IMG/VR virus record: IMGVR_UViG_3300001765_000033
Location: 1 to 64,000 of that record
Direction: 5' to 3' (one strand)
Length of the DNA stretch: 64,000 nucleotides
Source: a virus
In this document: positions 30,014 through 39,856 of the stretch, one piece after another
How the letters are laid out: each line of letters begins with the position of its first letter
Numbering within the stretch: the first letter of the stretch is position 1
Notes under the pieces: generated by a model
Database searches by the model: none
Seen by the model: the letters and a program-made list of their open reading frames with translations, nothing else
What the model was told of the DNA's origin: nothing
Program-made: the position numbers and the translations under genes

Positions 30014-30874
30014 TCAGAAAAATGAAATGATGACAAGCCCGTTACCACCGTTACCACCGTTACCACCAGTGACTCCAGCACCGCCACCGCCACCGCCACA
30101 GCACTGACCACCGTTGCCACCGTTGCCTGCTGTGGTGCCTGTGGCCCATGCTGTGCCACCGCCTGATCCGGCTGAGTAGTAAGGGAATGGAGTCCAGAGG
30201 GTTGATCCAGCATTGCCGCTTGTCATTGCGCCGCCGCCATAATTAATCGGTAGCATTCCAGCGAAAGTTGCCGACACAAGCCCGCCACTAAAATCTGAAG
30301 TAGATGCGGCAGCGAGTGATCCTCCACCGCCACCGCCTTGGCCGATTGCTGCATTGCCAGCAGTACCGCCTTGGCCAGTCACAGCACCCGCTGCACCGCC
30401 TGCACCGCCGTTGGATAAGTTTGTGGCAATCGTTTGGGCTATGTTTACGTTGTTTGTAGTTCCAGAAGCGCCAACAGACCCGGCAGCAGCAGACCCGGCA
30501 CCACCAGCACCCCCTCCGGTTGTGTTCTGAATAATGGAAATGGTCGTAGGGATTTCTATTCGGGAGAGTCCACCAGCAGTTGCAGCAGCACCACCGGATA
30601 TTCCTCCAGTGCCACCCGCACCAACAATAACGTACATCGCAGAACTGAGCATTGCTAATGGAACTATGTTGATGGCCCTACCACCGCCACCGCCACCGCC
30701 ACCACCACCTTTAACAACACCCTGTGCAGCAGTGAACCCAGCACCACCGCCACCACCAGCACCTTGGCAATAGACCCATGCGCCCTGTGCCCAACGTGGG
30801 ATGTCAATGGTATAATTACCGGGAGAATTGAAGATCGTTTTATCTGATCCTACTATATGTGATAAATCGTACAT
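30014..30874 (-). CDS. Glycine-rich fibre/adhesin paralog 3
   Basis: MYDLSH...YTIDIPRWA; GGGGG tracts; TAATG start overlap. Confidence 0.65.
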   Translation of the reverse strand: MYDLSHIVGSDKTIFNSPGNYTIDIPRWAQGAWVYCQGAGGGGGAGFTAAQGVVKGGGGGGGGGGRAINIVPLAMLSSAMYVIVGAGGTGGISGGAAATAGGLSRIEIPTTISIIQNTTGGGAGGAGSAAAGSVGASGTTNNVNIAQTIATNLSNGGAGGAAGAVTGQGGTAGNAAIGQGGGGGGSLAAASTSDFSGGLVSATFAGMLPINYGGGAMTSGNAGSTLWTPFPYYSAGSGGGTAWATGTTAGNGGNGGQCCGGGGGGAGVTGGNGGNGGNGLVIISFF

Positions 30875-31767
30875 TACCAAAATCCTACAATAATTAGACC
30901 ATCACCACCACGACCACCTGAACCACCTATGAGTCCAGCGCCACCGCCACCGCCACCGCATCCAAATGCTCCATTGCCTCCATTGCCTCCATTGCCGTTG
31001 AATGATGTGCCACCGCCAGACCCAGCGAGAGAGAGTGGGAATGGGGTAAAAATGGATGATCCGTTCCCACCCGGTTCAGCAGCACCAGCAACACCGAAAG
31101 GTAGTGAAGGTATTAACGTGGGAAATGGAGAATTGCTCTGACCACCAGCAAAGTTAGACCCAGCACTAGCACCAAGTGAGCCACCACCAGCACCACCAGC
31201 GGTGACGCCTGTTGCGTTAGACGTACCATTCATACCACCGATAGCACCACCAGCACCGCCAGCAACAGCATTAAAACTATTTGCGTATAGGATTGTAGGG
31301 ATTGTAGGGGCTGTTGTAGTTCCTGCAGTACCTACTGCACCAGCACCAGCACCACCACCAAAACCACCACCACCAGCGTTTCCAATGCCACAATGTACGA
31401 GAGTTGAACCCCATGTTATATAAGCATGTGTTGCCCAATTAGCCATCGTTCCATTGCCAGCTGTAGCACCATCAGCACCTGTCACACCACCTCTACCGCC
31501 ATCACCAACAAAAAGTTGAAGTGATGCATTTAACAACATATTTGTAGGTAGCATCGACATTATGCGCCCACCACCACCACCACCACCACCTCCACCTTTG
31601 GCATTAACTGAGGTATTAGAACCACCACCACCACCGCCGCCACCCGGCCCAACCATGTAAAGGAAAGCATTCCTAGCCCACCGTGGAATATCGATAGTGT
31701 AAATACCAGCAGCATTAAACACCGTCTGCTGTGTGACTCTACCAACCAAGTATGTGAAGTCGTACAT
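30874..31767 (-). CDS. Glycine-rich fibre/adhesin paralog 2
   Basis: MYDFTY...YTIDIPRWA; ends GGRGGDGLIIVGFW. Confidence 0.65.
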   Translation of the reverse strand: MYDFTYLVGRVTQQTVFNAAGIYTIDIPRWARNAFLYMVGPGGGGGGGGSNTSVNAKGGGGGGGGGGRIMSMLPTNMLLNASLQLFVGDGGRGGVTGADGATAGNGTMANWATHAYITWGSTLVHCGIGNAGGGGFGGGAGAGAVGTAGTTTAPTIPTILYANSFNAVAGGAGGAIGGMNGTSNATGVTAGGAGGGSLGASAGSNFAGGQSNSPFPTLIPSLPFGVAGAAEPGGNGSSIFTPFPLSLAGSGGGTSFNGNGGNGGNGAFGCGGGGGGAGLIGGSGGRGGDGLIIVGFW

Positions 31768-32654
31768 TACCAGAACCCCACGATCACTAAGCCATCACCA
31801 CCACGACCACCAGAGCCTCCGGCGATACCTGCTCCGCCACCACCACCACCACAGCCGAAGCCGCCAGAGCCTCCGTTGCCTGCTGTGCCATCAAAGGATG
31901 TCGCACCACCACTACCAGCGATAGAGAATGGGAATGGTGTCATTACAGATGAACCATTTAGTCCATTTTTAGCAGAGTTGTATCCTCCGCTTAGTGTAGG
32001 TATCAATGCTTGAAACCTGGAGTTACAGTTACCACCAGTGAAGTTGGCACCAGCACTTGCTCCAAGTGATGCTCCACCACCACCACCTGCAGTGATACCA
32101 CCAACATTATTGTTCCCGATACCACCAGCAATCACACCAGCAGACCCACCAGTAGCAGCACTTACATTGGTTGAATACGCGCAGATGTGCAGGGTGGGGG
32201 GCACAGTGATTCCAGCAGAGCCTACATTACCAGCAGCAGCACCACCACCTACCCCACCTCCGCCGTTAGACGCATTACCTAGATTCACTGTTGCCGAACC
32301 CCACACTATTTCAGCCGTACTTAACCCGCCTGCACTTCCATTAGCCGCAGTAGCTCCTGTGGCGCCCGTAGCACCACCGGCACCACCAGCACCTACAGTT
32401 ATTCTCAGCGAAGCATTAAGCAGCATCTTGCACGGCAGCACAGAGAAAATCCTACCGCCACCGCCACCGGCACCGCCCCCACCTTTGGCTGAAGCGAGTA
32501 CGTTTGACCCGCCACCGCCACCGCCACCAGCAGCACCAACCATATAAAGGTTAACCCCGTTCGCCCACCGTGGAATGTCTATAGTGAAACTACCCGCCGC
32601 AGAAAAAACATGCTGCTGAGTAACACGACCCGTTAAATGGGAAAGGTCATACAT
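31767..32654 (-). CDS. Glycine-rich fibre/adhesin paralog 1
   Basis: MYDLSH...FTIDIPRWA; ends GGRGGDGLVIVGFW. Confidence 0.65.
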   Translation of the reverse strand: MYDLSHLTGRVTQQHVFSAAGSFTIDIPRWANGVNLYMVGAAGGGGGGGSNVLASAKGGGGAGGGGGRIFSVLPCKMLLNASLRITVGAGGAGGATGATGATAANGSAGGLSTAEIVWGSATVNLGNASNGGGGVGGGAAAGNVGSAGITVPPTLHICAYSTNVSAATGGSAGVIAGGIGNNNVGGITAGGGGGASLGASAGANFTGGNCNSRFQALIPTLSGGYNSAKNGLNGSSVMTPFPFSIAGSGGATSFDGTAGNGGSGGFGCGGGGGGAGIAGGSGGRGGDGLVIVGFW

Positions 32655-33410
32655 TTAGTATGAACCACCTATACAAGACACCTGCCAACCACTGGTCACA
32701 GTCGCAGACAGCCCAACATAAATGGTATACCCAGGTGGTAAGGCTAAGTTAAGTGGGTAATCGATTTCAGCAGTGGCAGCAGTTGTTGAGGAGGTGACCG
32801 AAGCTAATGTAATCTCACCAAACAGGAATTGGCTGCCTGTCAGCGGATCATCCAGCGTGCCTGTCTCGGGCATTGCAGTTTGCACGAACGTAGTCGTCGC
32901 GCTGCTGAAATAGTATTGGGCTGTGCCTGTTGCAGCACCCACTGTAGTGACATAAACACGATACGACTCAGCACCGGCAATTGAAGGTAGAGTCCAAGTG
33001 ATTGACCCTGTTACACCTGAAGCTACCGACACCGAGGCAGAGTATGTGCCGATGGGTGTTTGGCTATCATCAGGCCCGATACCAACGACTGTGGCGAAAT
33101 AAGCACCAGCAATCATCGTCCCACCGGAGTTTGACCCCACACCGGTGGGTGCTGCAGGTGTGCCTGTGCTGAAGTTTGTGTTTGCCGTACCACGGTTGAT
33201 GTAGATACGTGCCACGGTTGCACCACCCGTACTGCCACGCGCTTTAAACCGCAGACGTTGAACGAATCCACCGTTACTAGCATCAGCAACGAAAACGCAT
33301 TTATTATATGGGCTTACGCCATTGTAATCATTTGCTGCTGTTGTCAGAAGAAAACTCTGACCGATTGCACCAACTTTAGAATAGATCGGCTCGACATTTG
33401 GATTTGCCAT
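32655..33410 (-). CDS. Putative structural protein with internal FN3-like insert
   Basis: PAAPT...W..PSIAGAESYRVY; ends LPPGY...GGSY. Confidence 0.5.
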   Translation of the reverse strand: MANPNVEPIYSKVGAIGQSFLLTTAANDYNGVSPYNKCVFVADASNGGFVQRLRFKARGSTGGATVARIYINRGTANTNFSTGTPAAPTGVGSNSGGTMIAGAYFATVVGIGPDDSQTPIGTYSASVSVASGVTGSITWTLPSIAGAESYRVYVTTVGAATGTAQYYFSSATTTFVQTAMPETGTLDDPLTGSQFLFGEITLASVTSSTTAATAEIDYPLNLALPPGYTIYVGLSATVTSGWQVSCIGGSY

Positions 33411-33428
33411 TATTATTTCCTTTTAATT

Positions 33429-33788
33429 TTAAGGCATTGCATTGCCAATAGCAATTTGGTACATTTGACCAGAGCTATTATACTTATTGATCACATTTGC
33501 TGGTAATGTACAAAATACTTCTTTTACACCAGCAATAAAATCTACTGCAGCATTTGAATTACTACTTTCAAAAACTGCCATTCTTACCAATGTAGTAGAA
33601 TTTGATAGATATCCTGATCCTATTTCCCATTGAGTACCACCTTGAGAAACGATACCATAATAAAAAGTTTCTCCAACAACAAAAGCATTGGAGAAACTTT
33701 GAAATTGAACTACTGGACCAAGTAAAGCAATATCACCAGTTGAAATGCTGGTGGTAGTTTCCTTTACTCTATCATGAACTTTAAACAT
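33429..33788 (-). CDS. Fibre-associated protein (DRVKET type)
   Basis: DRVKETTT...WEIG.G...KEVFCTLPA, a pattern seen in phage fibre proteins. Confidence 0.55.
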   Translation of the reverse strand: MFKVHDRVKETTTSISTGDIALLGPVVQFQSFSNAFVVGETFYYGIVSQGGTQWEIGSGYLSNSTTLVRMAVFESSNSNAAVDFIAGVKEVFCTLPANVINKYNSSGQMYQIAIGNAMP

Positions 33789-34390
33789 TAGCTTAGAGTG
33801 GTAGAGTAAGTTACATTAAGCTGATCACCAGAAGATACAACTTTACCAGCACCAAACAAACCATATGAATACAAAATTGCATTTGCGGTTGCAGTATCAG
33901 AAACTACACCTAAGTTACCTACAGCAGCAGCATTAAGAAGATTCAATGAAACTCCATAAATTGTACCACCAGCACCAGCAATCGTTGCATTAACTGCAGC
34001 AGAAGTTGATTTAACTCCAGAAGCTGAAGCTGAAAATTGTGGAGAACCACGTGTAGCAATGACCGTGTTAGCAATCTCAGTAAATACATGAACTGCATAT
34101 GTGAATGTAGCTAGAGCAGCGGTGTTTGAATTAACGAAACCCATTCTGAAAAACATATTCACTGAAGCAAGAGCACCTGTACCTGCAGAGCCAGCAATCA
34201 TGGTAGTATTCAAAAGGAAATCTTTTCCTTGTGTAGTTACCAGATTATCAAACTCTTCGACCCATTTTAGATTACCTTCTGAGTCTAAGCAAGTGGCAAC
34301 ATAACGACCATGTGCTTCCATTTGATTTGATTGATTGGCACCACGAGTTACTGATGCGGTTACGATATCCGTTGATGTTGATTTTTCCAT
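33788..34390 (-). CDS. Putative fibre subunit
   Basis: GNLKW.E...NLV...GK; ends SGDQLNVTYS. Confidence 0.5.
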   Translation of the reverse strand: MEKSTSTDIVTASVTRGANQSNQMEAHGRYVATCLDSEGNLKWVEEFDNLVTTQGKDFLLNTTMIAGSAGTGALASVNMFFRMGFVNSNTAALATFTYAVHVFTEIANTVIATRGSPQFSASASGVKSTSAAVNATIAGAGGTIYGVSLNLLNAAAVGNLGVVSDTATANAILYSYGLFGAGKVVSSGDQLNVTYSTTLS

Positions 34391-34407
34391 TTTAAATTTC
34401 CTTTTGT

Positions 34408-35469
34408 TTATATATTTATATTTAATGTTATAGACACTGGATTATAAGCAGGGTCAGTAATTGCTGCTCGTTGTCCAGCATCAAGAGCAAATTCGTATGT
34501 AGTATCGGTTGTAGTTAAAATTTGTGTCCAAATACACCCAGGAATAACTGAGCCAGATTGTTTTAAAGATACCGTTAAATTATTTCCGATAGGGCTAGAA
34601 CCTCTGACTTTAAGAACTACGTTTGAGCCTACTGGATATATAAAATGAGGTAAGGCTAATTCTGTAGTTCCTGCTAAGGTAGTACTGATATAATCTGCAT
34701 CCGATGGTGTTGTTGGTTCGTCTACCACCGTACATAAATCTACCGTTGCTGGTATTAATCCTATTGTTGACGAAATTCTGCGTTTATAAGATTGATCGGC
34801 ATTAGCATTATGAGATAATAATCCTGTTGGTCCCTCTACTGCATTTAATTTATATGATGATGTAAGTCTGTAGCTAATAGGGGTGGATGCTACGTCAGTA
34901 AATCCGATTGGCGGTGCTCCCATAGCAGTGCCAGTTTGTCCTTGAAACCATATCGCATAAACTGCATCACCAGCTTTTACGTCTATAGATGGTGTAGAAT
35001 AATCTCCTGCAGGATTGCTAGTTCTATTAGCTATAGCGGATGTTCTTATTGGGCTTGTTAAATTAACATTAGCCCATGCAGTAATTCTTAAAATTCCTAC
35101 CTGAAAGGGTATACTCGATAATACTATTGAGGCTACATCACCTCTAGCCAACCAAGTCGATAAGTTAGAATAAGATTCTCCTACAGCATTTAACAAAGTC
35201 CACCCAGCCGACATTGATGGTTCAGTAGCTATTGGCGCCCCATTGAATACAGATACTTCAGCAATTAAAATATCAGTATCTAATGTCCCAACAGGTTTTA
35301 TTCCTGTTAATCCGTCAATCGTGCCAGTTACTTCTGCATACCCTCTAAACTCAATAGATTTATTTACATTAGCAATCCAAGTACCCGCAGAAATATCTCT
35401 GGATGGCTGAACTACAGATACATCATGTAGTTCAGAAGTTGCACCTTGTAGAAGTACCGAAAACCACAT
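34408..35469 (-). CDS. Structural protein with inserted beta domain, paralog of 29152-29595
   Basis: Shared termini plus an insert of about 200 aa. Confidence 0.55.
   Translation of the reverse strand: MWFSVLLQGATSELHDVSVVQPSRDISAGTWIANVNKSIEFRGYAEVTGTIDGLTGIKPVGTLDTDILIAEVSVFNGAPIATEPSMSAGWTLLNAVGESYSNLSTWLARGDVASIVLSSIPFQVGILRITAWANVNLTSPIRTSAIANRTSNPAGDYSTPSIDVKAGDAVYAIWFQGQTGTAMGAPPIGFTDVASTPISYRLTSSYKLNAVEGPTGLLSHNANADQSYKRRISSTIGLIPATVDLCTVVDEPTTPSDADYISTTLAGTTELALPHFIYPVGSNVVLKVRGSSPIGNNLTVSLKQSGSVIPGCIWTQILTTTDTTYEFALDAGQRAAITDPAYNPVSITLNINI
34413..34420 (-). promoter_or_regulatory. T4-type late promoter TATAAATA
   Basis: Exact consensus upstream of 34390. Confidence 0.65.
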
Positions 35470-36728
35470 TATCCAGCTTTCCAGTAAGAGATTCTAGCGT
35501 AACCATCACCACCTTTTCCACCGACAGCCGAACCGCCTGCACCACCCCCGCCTGATCCATATCCAGTAGCGGCAGCGCCATTTACTCCACCATTTCCGCC
35601 CTTACCACCTTTGCCAAATAATGAAAATGCACCACAACCACCACCACCATAAGAGTTTGTTCCTGTAGTTGAACCTGTGCCACCGCCAGCACCAGTACCC
35701 ATAAAAGCTTGTGCCCATCGATTTCCCTGTGATGCGTTACCCCCATTACTACCAGCAACAGATGCCACAGAATTTGAGCCGCCACCGCCACCACCAGAAG
35801 CACTCCATGTAACACCATCAAATGCTGCAGTAAAAGCAAGCTCGCCGCCAACGCCGCCACCACCACCAATAGCACCAGCAGCGCCAACAGTAGCTTGTAC
35901 GCCACCACTCACGCCACCACTCACGCCACCAGACCCCAATGTTGCAGCACCTGTTACCGGTCCCACTGTTGCCGCCCCATACAGTAGTAAACTTCCATCT
36001 ATTGCAGTTAAGGGTAATAACCCAGTTATAGTAGTATTACCACCAGACCCAGCGAAAGCACCACCACCAGCACCATTAGACCCTACTCCCACAGTTACAG
36101 TTAACGTAGATAATGGATTAGCAGACGCCCTAGCACCGATAATAGACATAGCACTGCCACCTCCACCTCCACCTCCATTATAGATATTACCAGTACCACC
36201 AGACCCACCCCCAGCACCGCCTCCGCAACCGTCTATAGTAAGTTCAGCAACACCCTCTGGCACAATCCAAGACCAAGGACCATTAGGTGATGTAACATCA
36301 GCAACACCATTTGTGACAATTCCTGTACCACGAATAAACTCAACGACATATTGCTTAGGAACCATTGAAGGCCCAACACTGCCTTCTGGTGCTCTGATAG
36401 ACCAAACGATTGATCGGTCAGTGCCTGCAGTTTTTCTAAGAGTTATATCCCATCCAGATAATAATGCAAATGCTGGTATAACATAAAGTGGTTCAGATTG
36501 AACACCGGAAATTGCTATATGTTGAATTACTCTTTGAGTAGCTCCAACCGTAGCTTTTTCTTTGATTAAAATTTCGTATGATTCGGTTGCAGTTAATGTG
36601 CTAAAATCAATGAAGGCTTGGTAGATACCAGAAACTGTGTTACTAGCTAATGTTGTTGATGCACTAACTATACTGAATTCAGTAGACCCTATTGTGGCAG
36701 AGCCACCATGTGTTTGAGTTAATGCCAT
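35469..36728 (-). CDS. Glycine-rich fibre/adhesin with extra N-terminal domain
   Basis: VVEFIRGTG...NGPW.W.VP.GVAE; Gly tracts. Confidence 0.6.
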   Translation of the reverse strand: MALTQTHGGSATIGSTEFSIVSASTTLASNTVSGIYQAFIDFSTLTATESYEILIKEKATVGATQRVIQHIAISGVQSEPLYVIPAFALLSGWDITLRKTAGTDRSIVWSIRAPEGSVGPSMVPKQYVVEFIRGTGIVTNGVADVTSPNGPWSWIVPEGVAELTIDGCGGGAGGGSGGTGNIYNGGGGGGGSAMSIIGARASANPLSTLTVTVGVGSNGAGGGAFAGSGGNTTITGLLPLTAIDGSLLLYGAATVGPVTGAATLGSGGVSGGVSGGVQATVGAAGAIGGGGGVGGELAFTAAFDGVTWSASGGGGGGSNSVASVAGSNGGNASQGNRWAQAFMGTGAGGGTGSTTGTNSYGGGGCGAFSLFGKGGKGGNGGVNGAAATGYGSGGGGAGGSAVGGKGGDGYARISYWKAG

Positions 36729-37661
36729 TTAATCTGCACTCCAGTATGTAAATCTTATGTATGCATCACCACCAGCACCACCAGCAGCATTACCACCACC
36801 ACCACCACCGCCGTAACCATATCCAGTGCCAGCAGATGCTGGAGAATTGCCGTTACCAGCATTACCAGGACGACCAAATAATGAGTAACCACCGGCACCA
36901 CCGCCACCAAAACTTTGAGTCGTGTTTGTTGTTCCTGTAGAGGACATAACTGACTGCGGCACAAATGCATGTGGTGCGTTATACCCACCATTTGCCCCTG
37001 CTACAGTTACTGTAGTGGATGCACCACCACCACCACCTGCAGAAGCAAACCATTCTCCAGCATTACCCATTGATATAACTGCAAAACCACCACCAGAGCC
37101 AACAGTCGGAGATGCTTGAGTTGTTCCTCCCCCTGCCCCAGAAGCCATTCTTCCTGCCCAAGCATCGTCATTACCAGCATTAGCCCCAGTTCCTCCGCCA
37201 CCAGAAGTACCAGCATTACCAACTTGACTCAAACGAAATTTAAATGTACCAGAAACCGGACTCACTGTATATTGCGAGGCAAGAGTCATTACAGTATTGC
37301 CAAGACCAGTAATAGTCGTTTGTCCAGAAGCGGCACCAGCAGCACCAGCAGCACCACCTCCACCGCCAGCAGTTAATGTAACAGTTACGTTATTGCCAGG
37401 TATTAGCCATAATTTAAATCCAGTAACACAGGCACCACTACCACCACCTCCGCCCCCAGCCATTGAGTTTCCAACATTGTATCCTCCGCCCCCACCAGAC
37501 CCAGAATTACAACCATCCATTGTTGCTTCAGCGACTCCATAAGGAACCGCCCAAGTCCAAGGTCCATTCAACGATGTAGCATCAACAACGCCATCAGTAA
37601 CAACCCCTGTACCACGGATAAACTCTACAACATGCTGTCTTAATCTAGCCCCACCAATCAT
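36729..37661 (-). CDS. Glycine-rich fibre/adhesin
   Basis: Same VVEFIRGTG...GPW motif as the neighbouring gene. Confidence 0.6.
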   Translation of the reverse strand: MIGGARLRQHVVEFIRGTGVVTDGVVDATSLNGPWTWAVPYGVAEATMDGCNSGSGGGGGYNVGNSMAGGGGGGSGACVTGFKLWLIPGNNVTVTLTAGGGGGAAGAAGAASGQTTITGLGNTVMTLASQYTVSPVSGTFKFRLSQVGNAGTSGGGGTGANAGNDDAWAGRMASGAGGGTTQASPTVGSGGGFAVISMGNAGEWFASAGGGGGASTTVTVAGANGGYNAPHAFVPQSVMSSTGTTNTTQSFGGGGAGGYSLFGRPGNAGNGNSPASAGTGYGYGGGGGGGNAAGGAGGDAYIRFTYWSAD

Positions 37662-38107
37662 GGTGCTACCCCTGCTAAAATCTGTGCTGGACGATCTACC
37701 CCAATAAGACCTAAAGCAGCATAAAGTCCAAGCATTGGCGGAATCGCTGGGTCTTCAAGATGCACTTCCGATGCAGCATAAAAATTCTTATATCCAGTTC
37801 GCAGACTTCTTTTTTGTTCAGCAGTCAGCAAAGCATTTGTTTCAAAAGTGACTTCCAATTCATCACAAAGTTCTTGCTCTGCAATCGTAAATAATCTTCT
37901 GAATTCTAGATGAGTCAGGACTTTTTTTGTTATAATAGGGAGTGGTTCAGGTGCAGTGAAAACACCATCAGCGTAAGTAAATCCTACACTCTCAGAACCA
38001 GTTTGTTCAAGACACAAATAATCTGGATAAAATAAAAGTGCTCTCTCAACTGAATCAGCAGAAATGCAGTTTTCAACTTTACCGTCTTTAATTAATAACA
38101 CATTCAT
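37658..38107 (-). CDS. Putative fibre assembly chaperone-like protein
   Basis: IKDGKVEN.I, G.TY.DG.F.AP, LT.LEFR.LFT. Confidence 0.5.
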   Translation of the reverse strand: MNVLLIKDGKVENCISADSVERALLFYPDYLCLEQTGSESVGFTYADGVFTAPEPLPIITKKVLTHLEFRRLFTIAEQELCDELEVTFETNALLTAEQKRSLRTGYKNFYAASEVHLEDPAIPPMLGLYAALGLIGVDRPAQILAGVAP

Positions 38108-38124
38108 TATATATTATCCTAAAA

Positions 38125-38517
38125 TTAAGTTGGTTGGTTTGAAGTATATGTGATATTAGCAATAGGAAAGTTAATGGTATTTCCTGATGTAATTGGTTGG
38201 TTTGAAGTTTCATCAGTAACCCAAATAACATTTGCAGAACCATCGGTAAATGCAATATGTAAATCTGGTGATGCTGAAGTTGCTGTTGCCAATCCACTTT
38301 TATTATTGGTAGTTGCGGTTAAAACTCTATTATTTCCAGAAGACGTGATATTGAAATCACCAGAAACCATAGTAACACCAGCGTTCAATTTATTTGCAAC
38401 CACAGTCGCATATGAATCGCCAGCAGCGTATGTGCTCAAAAGCAACATCTGTGTTGCTGTATTTTTAATATCATTTAGGCCATTATCTAAAACGCCTGCT
38501 CGTACCCATTTAGCCAT
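38125..38517 (-). CDS. Putative fibre subunit
   Basis: 130-aa beta-rich first gene of the operon; ends ITSGNTINFP. Confidence 0.5.
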   Translation of the reverse strand: MAKWVRAGVLDNGLNDIKNTATQMLLLSTYAAGDSYATVVANKLNAGVTMVSGDFNITSSGNNRVLTATTNNKSGLATATSASPDLHIAFTDGSANVIWVTDETSNQPITSGNTINFPIANITYTSNQPT

Positions 38518-38550
38518 TTATATACCTCTTTAAGATGTGGTTGTTTTTAT

Positions 38551-38558
38551 TATTTATA
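38551..38558 (-). promoter_or_regulatory. T4-type late promoter TATAAATA
   Basis: Exact consensus upstream of 38517. Confidence 0.7.
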
Positions 38559-39854
38559 CTAAGATTCATTAGCAATTTTTTCGTGCCAATTTATTTTATC
38601 TTGGGCTGTCCTACGAATCGACTGATTAGGATGATTTAGCGCAGCTTTCCAATGTTCCATTTTTGAATTTTTTTGACTCACTGCAGATAATGCGGTTTCG
38701 TGATCTTTATTTTTAAGAGCATCATGTATGTTTTCATCTGATGCATTAGGATGCATCGCTGCAATATGTCTTACTCTTGGAGTGTCATTTTTTAATGCTT
38801 CTTTGATGTTATCGCTATTTGCGTGTATGTTACTTATGGCACCAATTTTAACCATTTGATCAGAATCCTTTAGAGCTTTGCTTATATTCTCTGGCGTAGC
38901 ATTTTTATGTTTTGCTGCCCATCTGCGAACCAGTGGAGCTTCATCATCTAATGCAGCATGGATATGTGAACCAGCTATACTAGGATGCTCTAAGGTCGCT
39001 AATTTTTGGTACGAATTCCCAGTTTTTAATGCTTTATGTAAGGTTTCATCCGTGGCATTATGATTATATTTTGCTGGTGTATTGTCGTCATCATATAAAT
39101 CCTCGTGCTTAGTGTGTATAGCATCTTCATGGTGAATTGGATAGTGATGTTTCGTGAATTTATCTACAGCAGCATTAGCAGTTTCTGGAAATGCTCCATA
39201 TTTTTTCTGCTCTCGATGATATGAAATATTATTACCATCGTCAGATACATGTTTTTTGATTAAAGTTCTACCTAAAATATCTTTAGAATCGTATTCACCA
39301 TGTTCGTTTGGTTTTGCGTCCTTATGAACATGTAATGCAGACATAGTACCATGATGCAACTCATGAGTCATTGCTTCCCATGCTGGACCAGGAACATAAC
39401 CATCTTTTACCGCTTTTGCACAAGAATCCCAATGAGTGCCAGTTGATGCAGAGGCTACTTCGCCTTTGTGTCTGCTGATTACAAGTTTTGAATTTCCATC
39501 TTCTGATTTATTTCTATGATAATGACCATAAGAATCAACAATATGTTGTGGAGCTTTTGCTTGTCCAAGATATTTTGTCGTCTTTACAGTTCTCCCTGAT
39601 TTTAATATCACATGTTCATTATCTTCATGACTTTTATCTCCCTTTGAATGAATGTACTCTTTAACCGAATCTGGCATATCATTCTTAAAAGGAATCTCAA
39701 TATGATGATTTCCTTTACCAAAAACTTTATCATGCATTTTCTGTGTTTTTGAATCAACTTTGGTATCTAGTAGATGTTTTGTTTCTTTTTCGCCGATAGC
39801 TTTATGCAAATCTTTGGTTGATTCTGACAACTGAATATATTCTTTGAATCTCAT
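38559..39854 (-). CDS. His-rich protein with C-terminal HEAT/LRV-like repeats; putative internal head protein
   Basis: Leader MRFKEYIQLSE; repeats I..AL.D....VR..A..H.NA. Confidence 0.6.
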   Translation of the reverse strand: MRFKEYIQLSESTKDLHKAIGEKETKHLLDTKVDSKTQKMHDKVFGKGNHHIEIPFKNDMPDSVKEYIHSKGDKSHEDNEHVILKSGRTVKTTKYLGQAKAPQHIVDSYGHYHRNKSEDGNSKLVISRHKGEVASASTGTHWDSCAKAVKDGYVPGPAWEAMTHELHHGTMSALHVHKDAKPNEHGEYDSKDILGRTLIKKHVSDDGNNISYHREQKKYGAFPETANAAVDKFTKHHYPIHHEDAIHTKHEDLYDDDNTPAKYNHNATDETLHKALKTGNSYQKLATLEHPSIAGSHIHAALDDEAPLVRRWAAKHKNATPENISKALKDSDQMVKIGAISNIHANSDNIKEALKNDTPRVRHIAAMHPNASDENIHDALKNKDHETALSAVSQKNSKMEHWKAALNHPNQSIRRTAQDKINWHEKIANES

Positions 39855-39856
39855 TT

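Noticed and set aside
30434-37542. Pro-rich plus-strand ORFs and CCACCA runs resembling microsatellites
   Set aside because: Reverse complement of poly-Gly codons in the minus-strand genes
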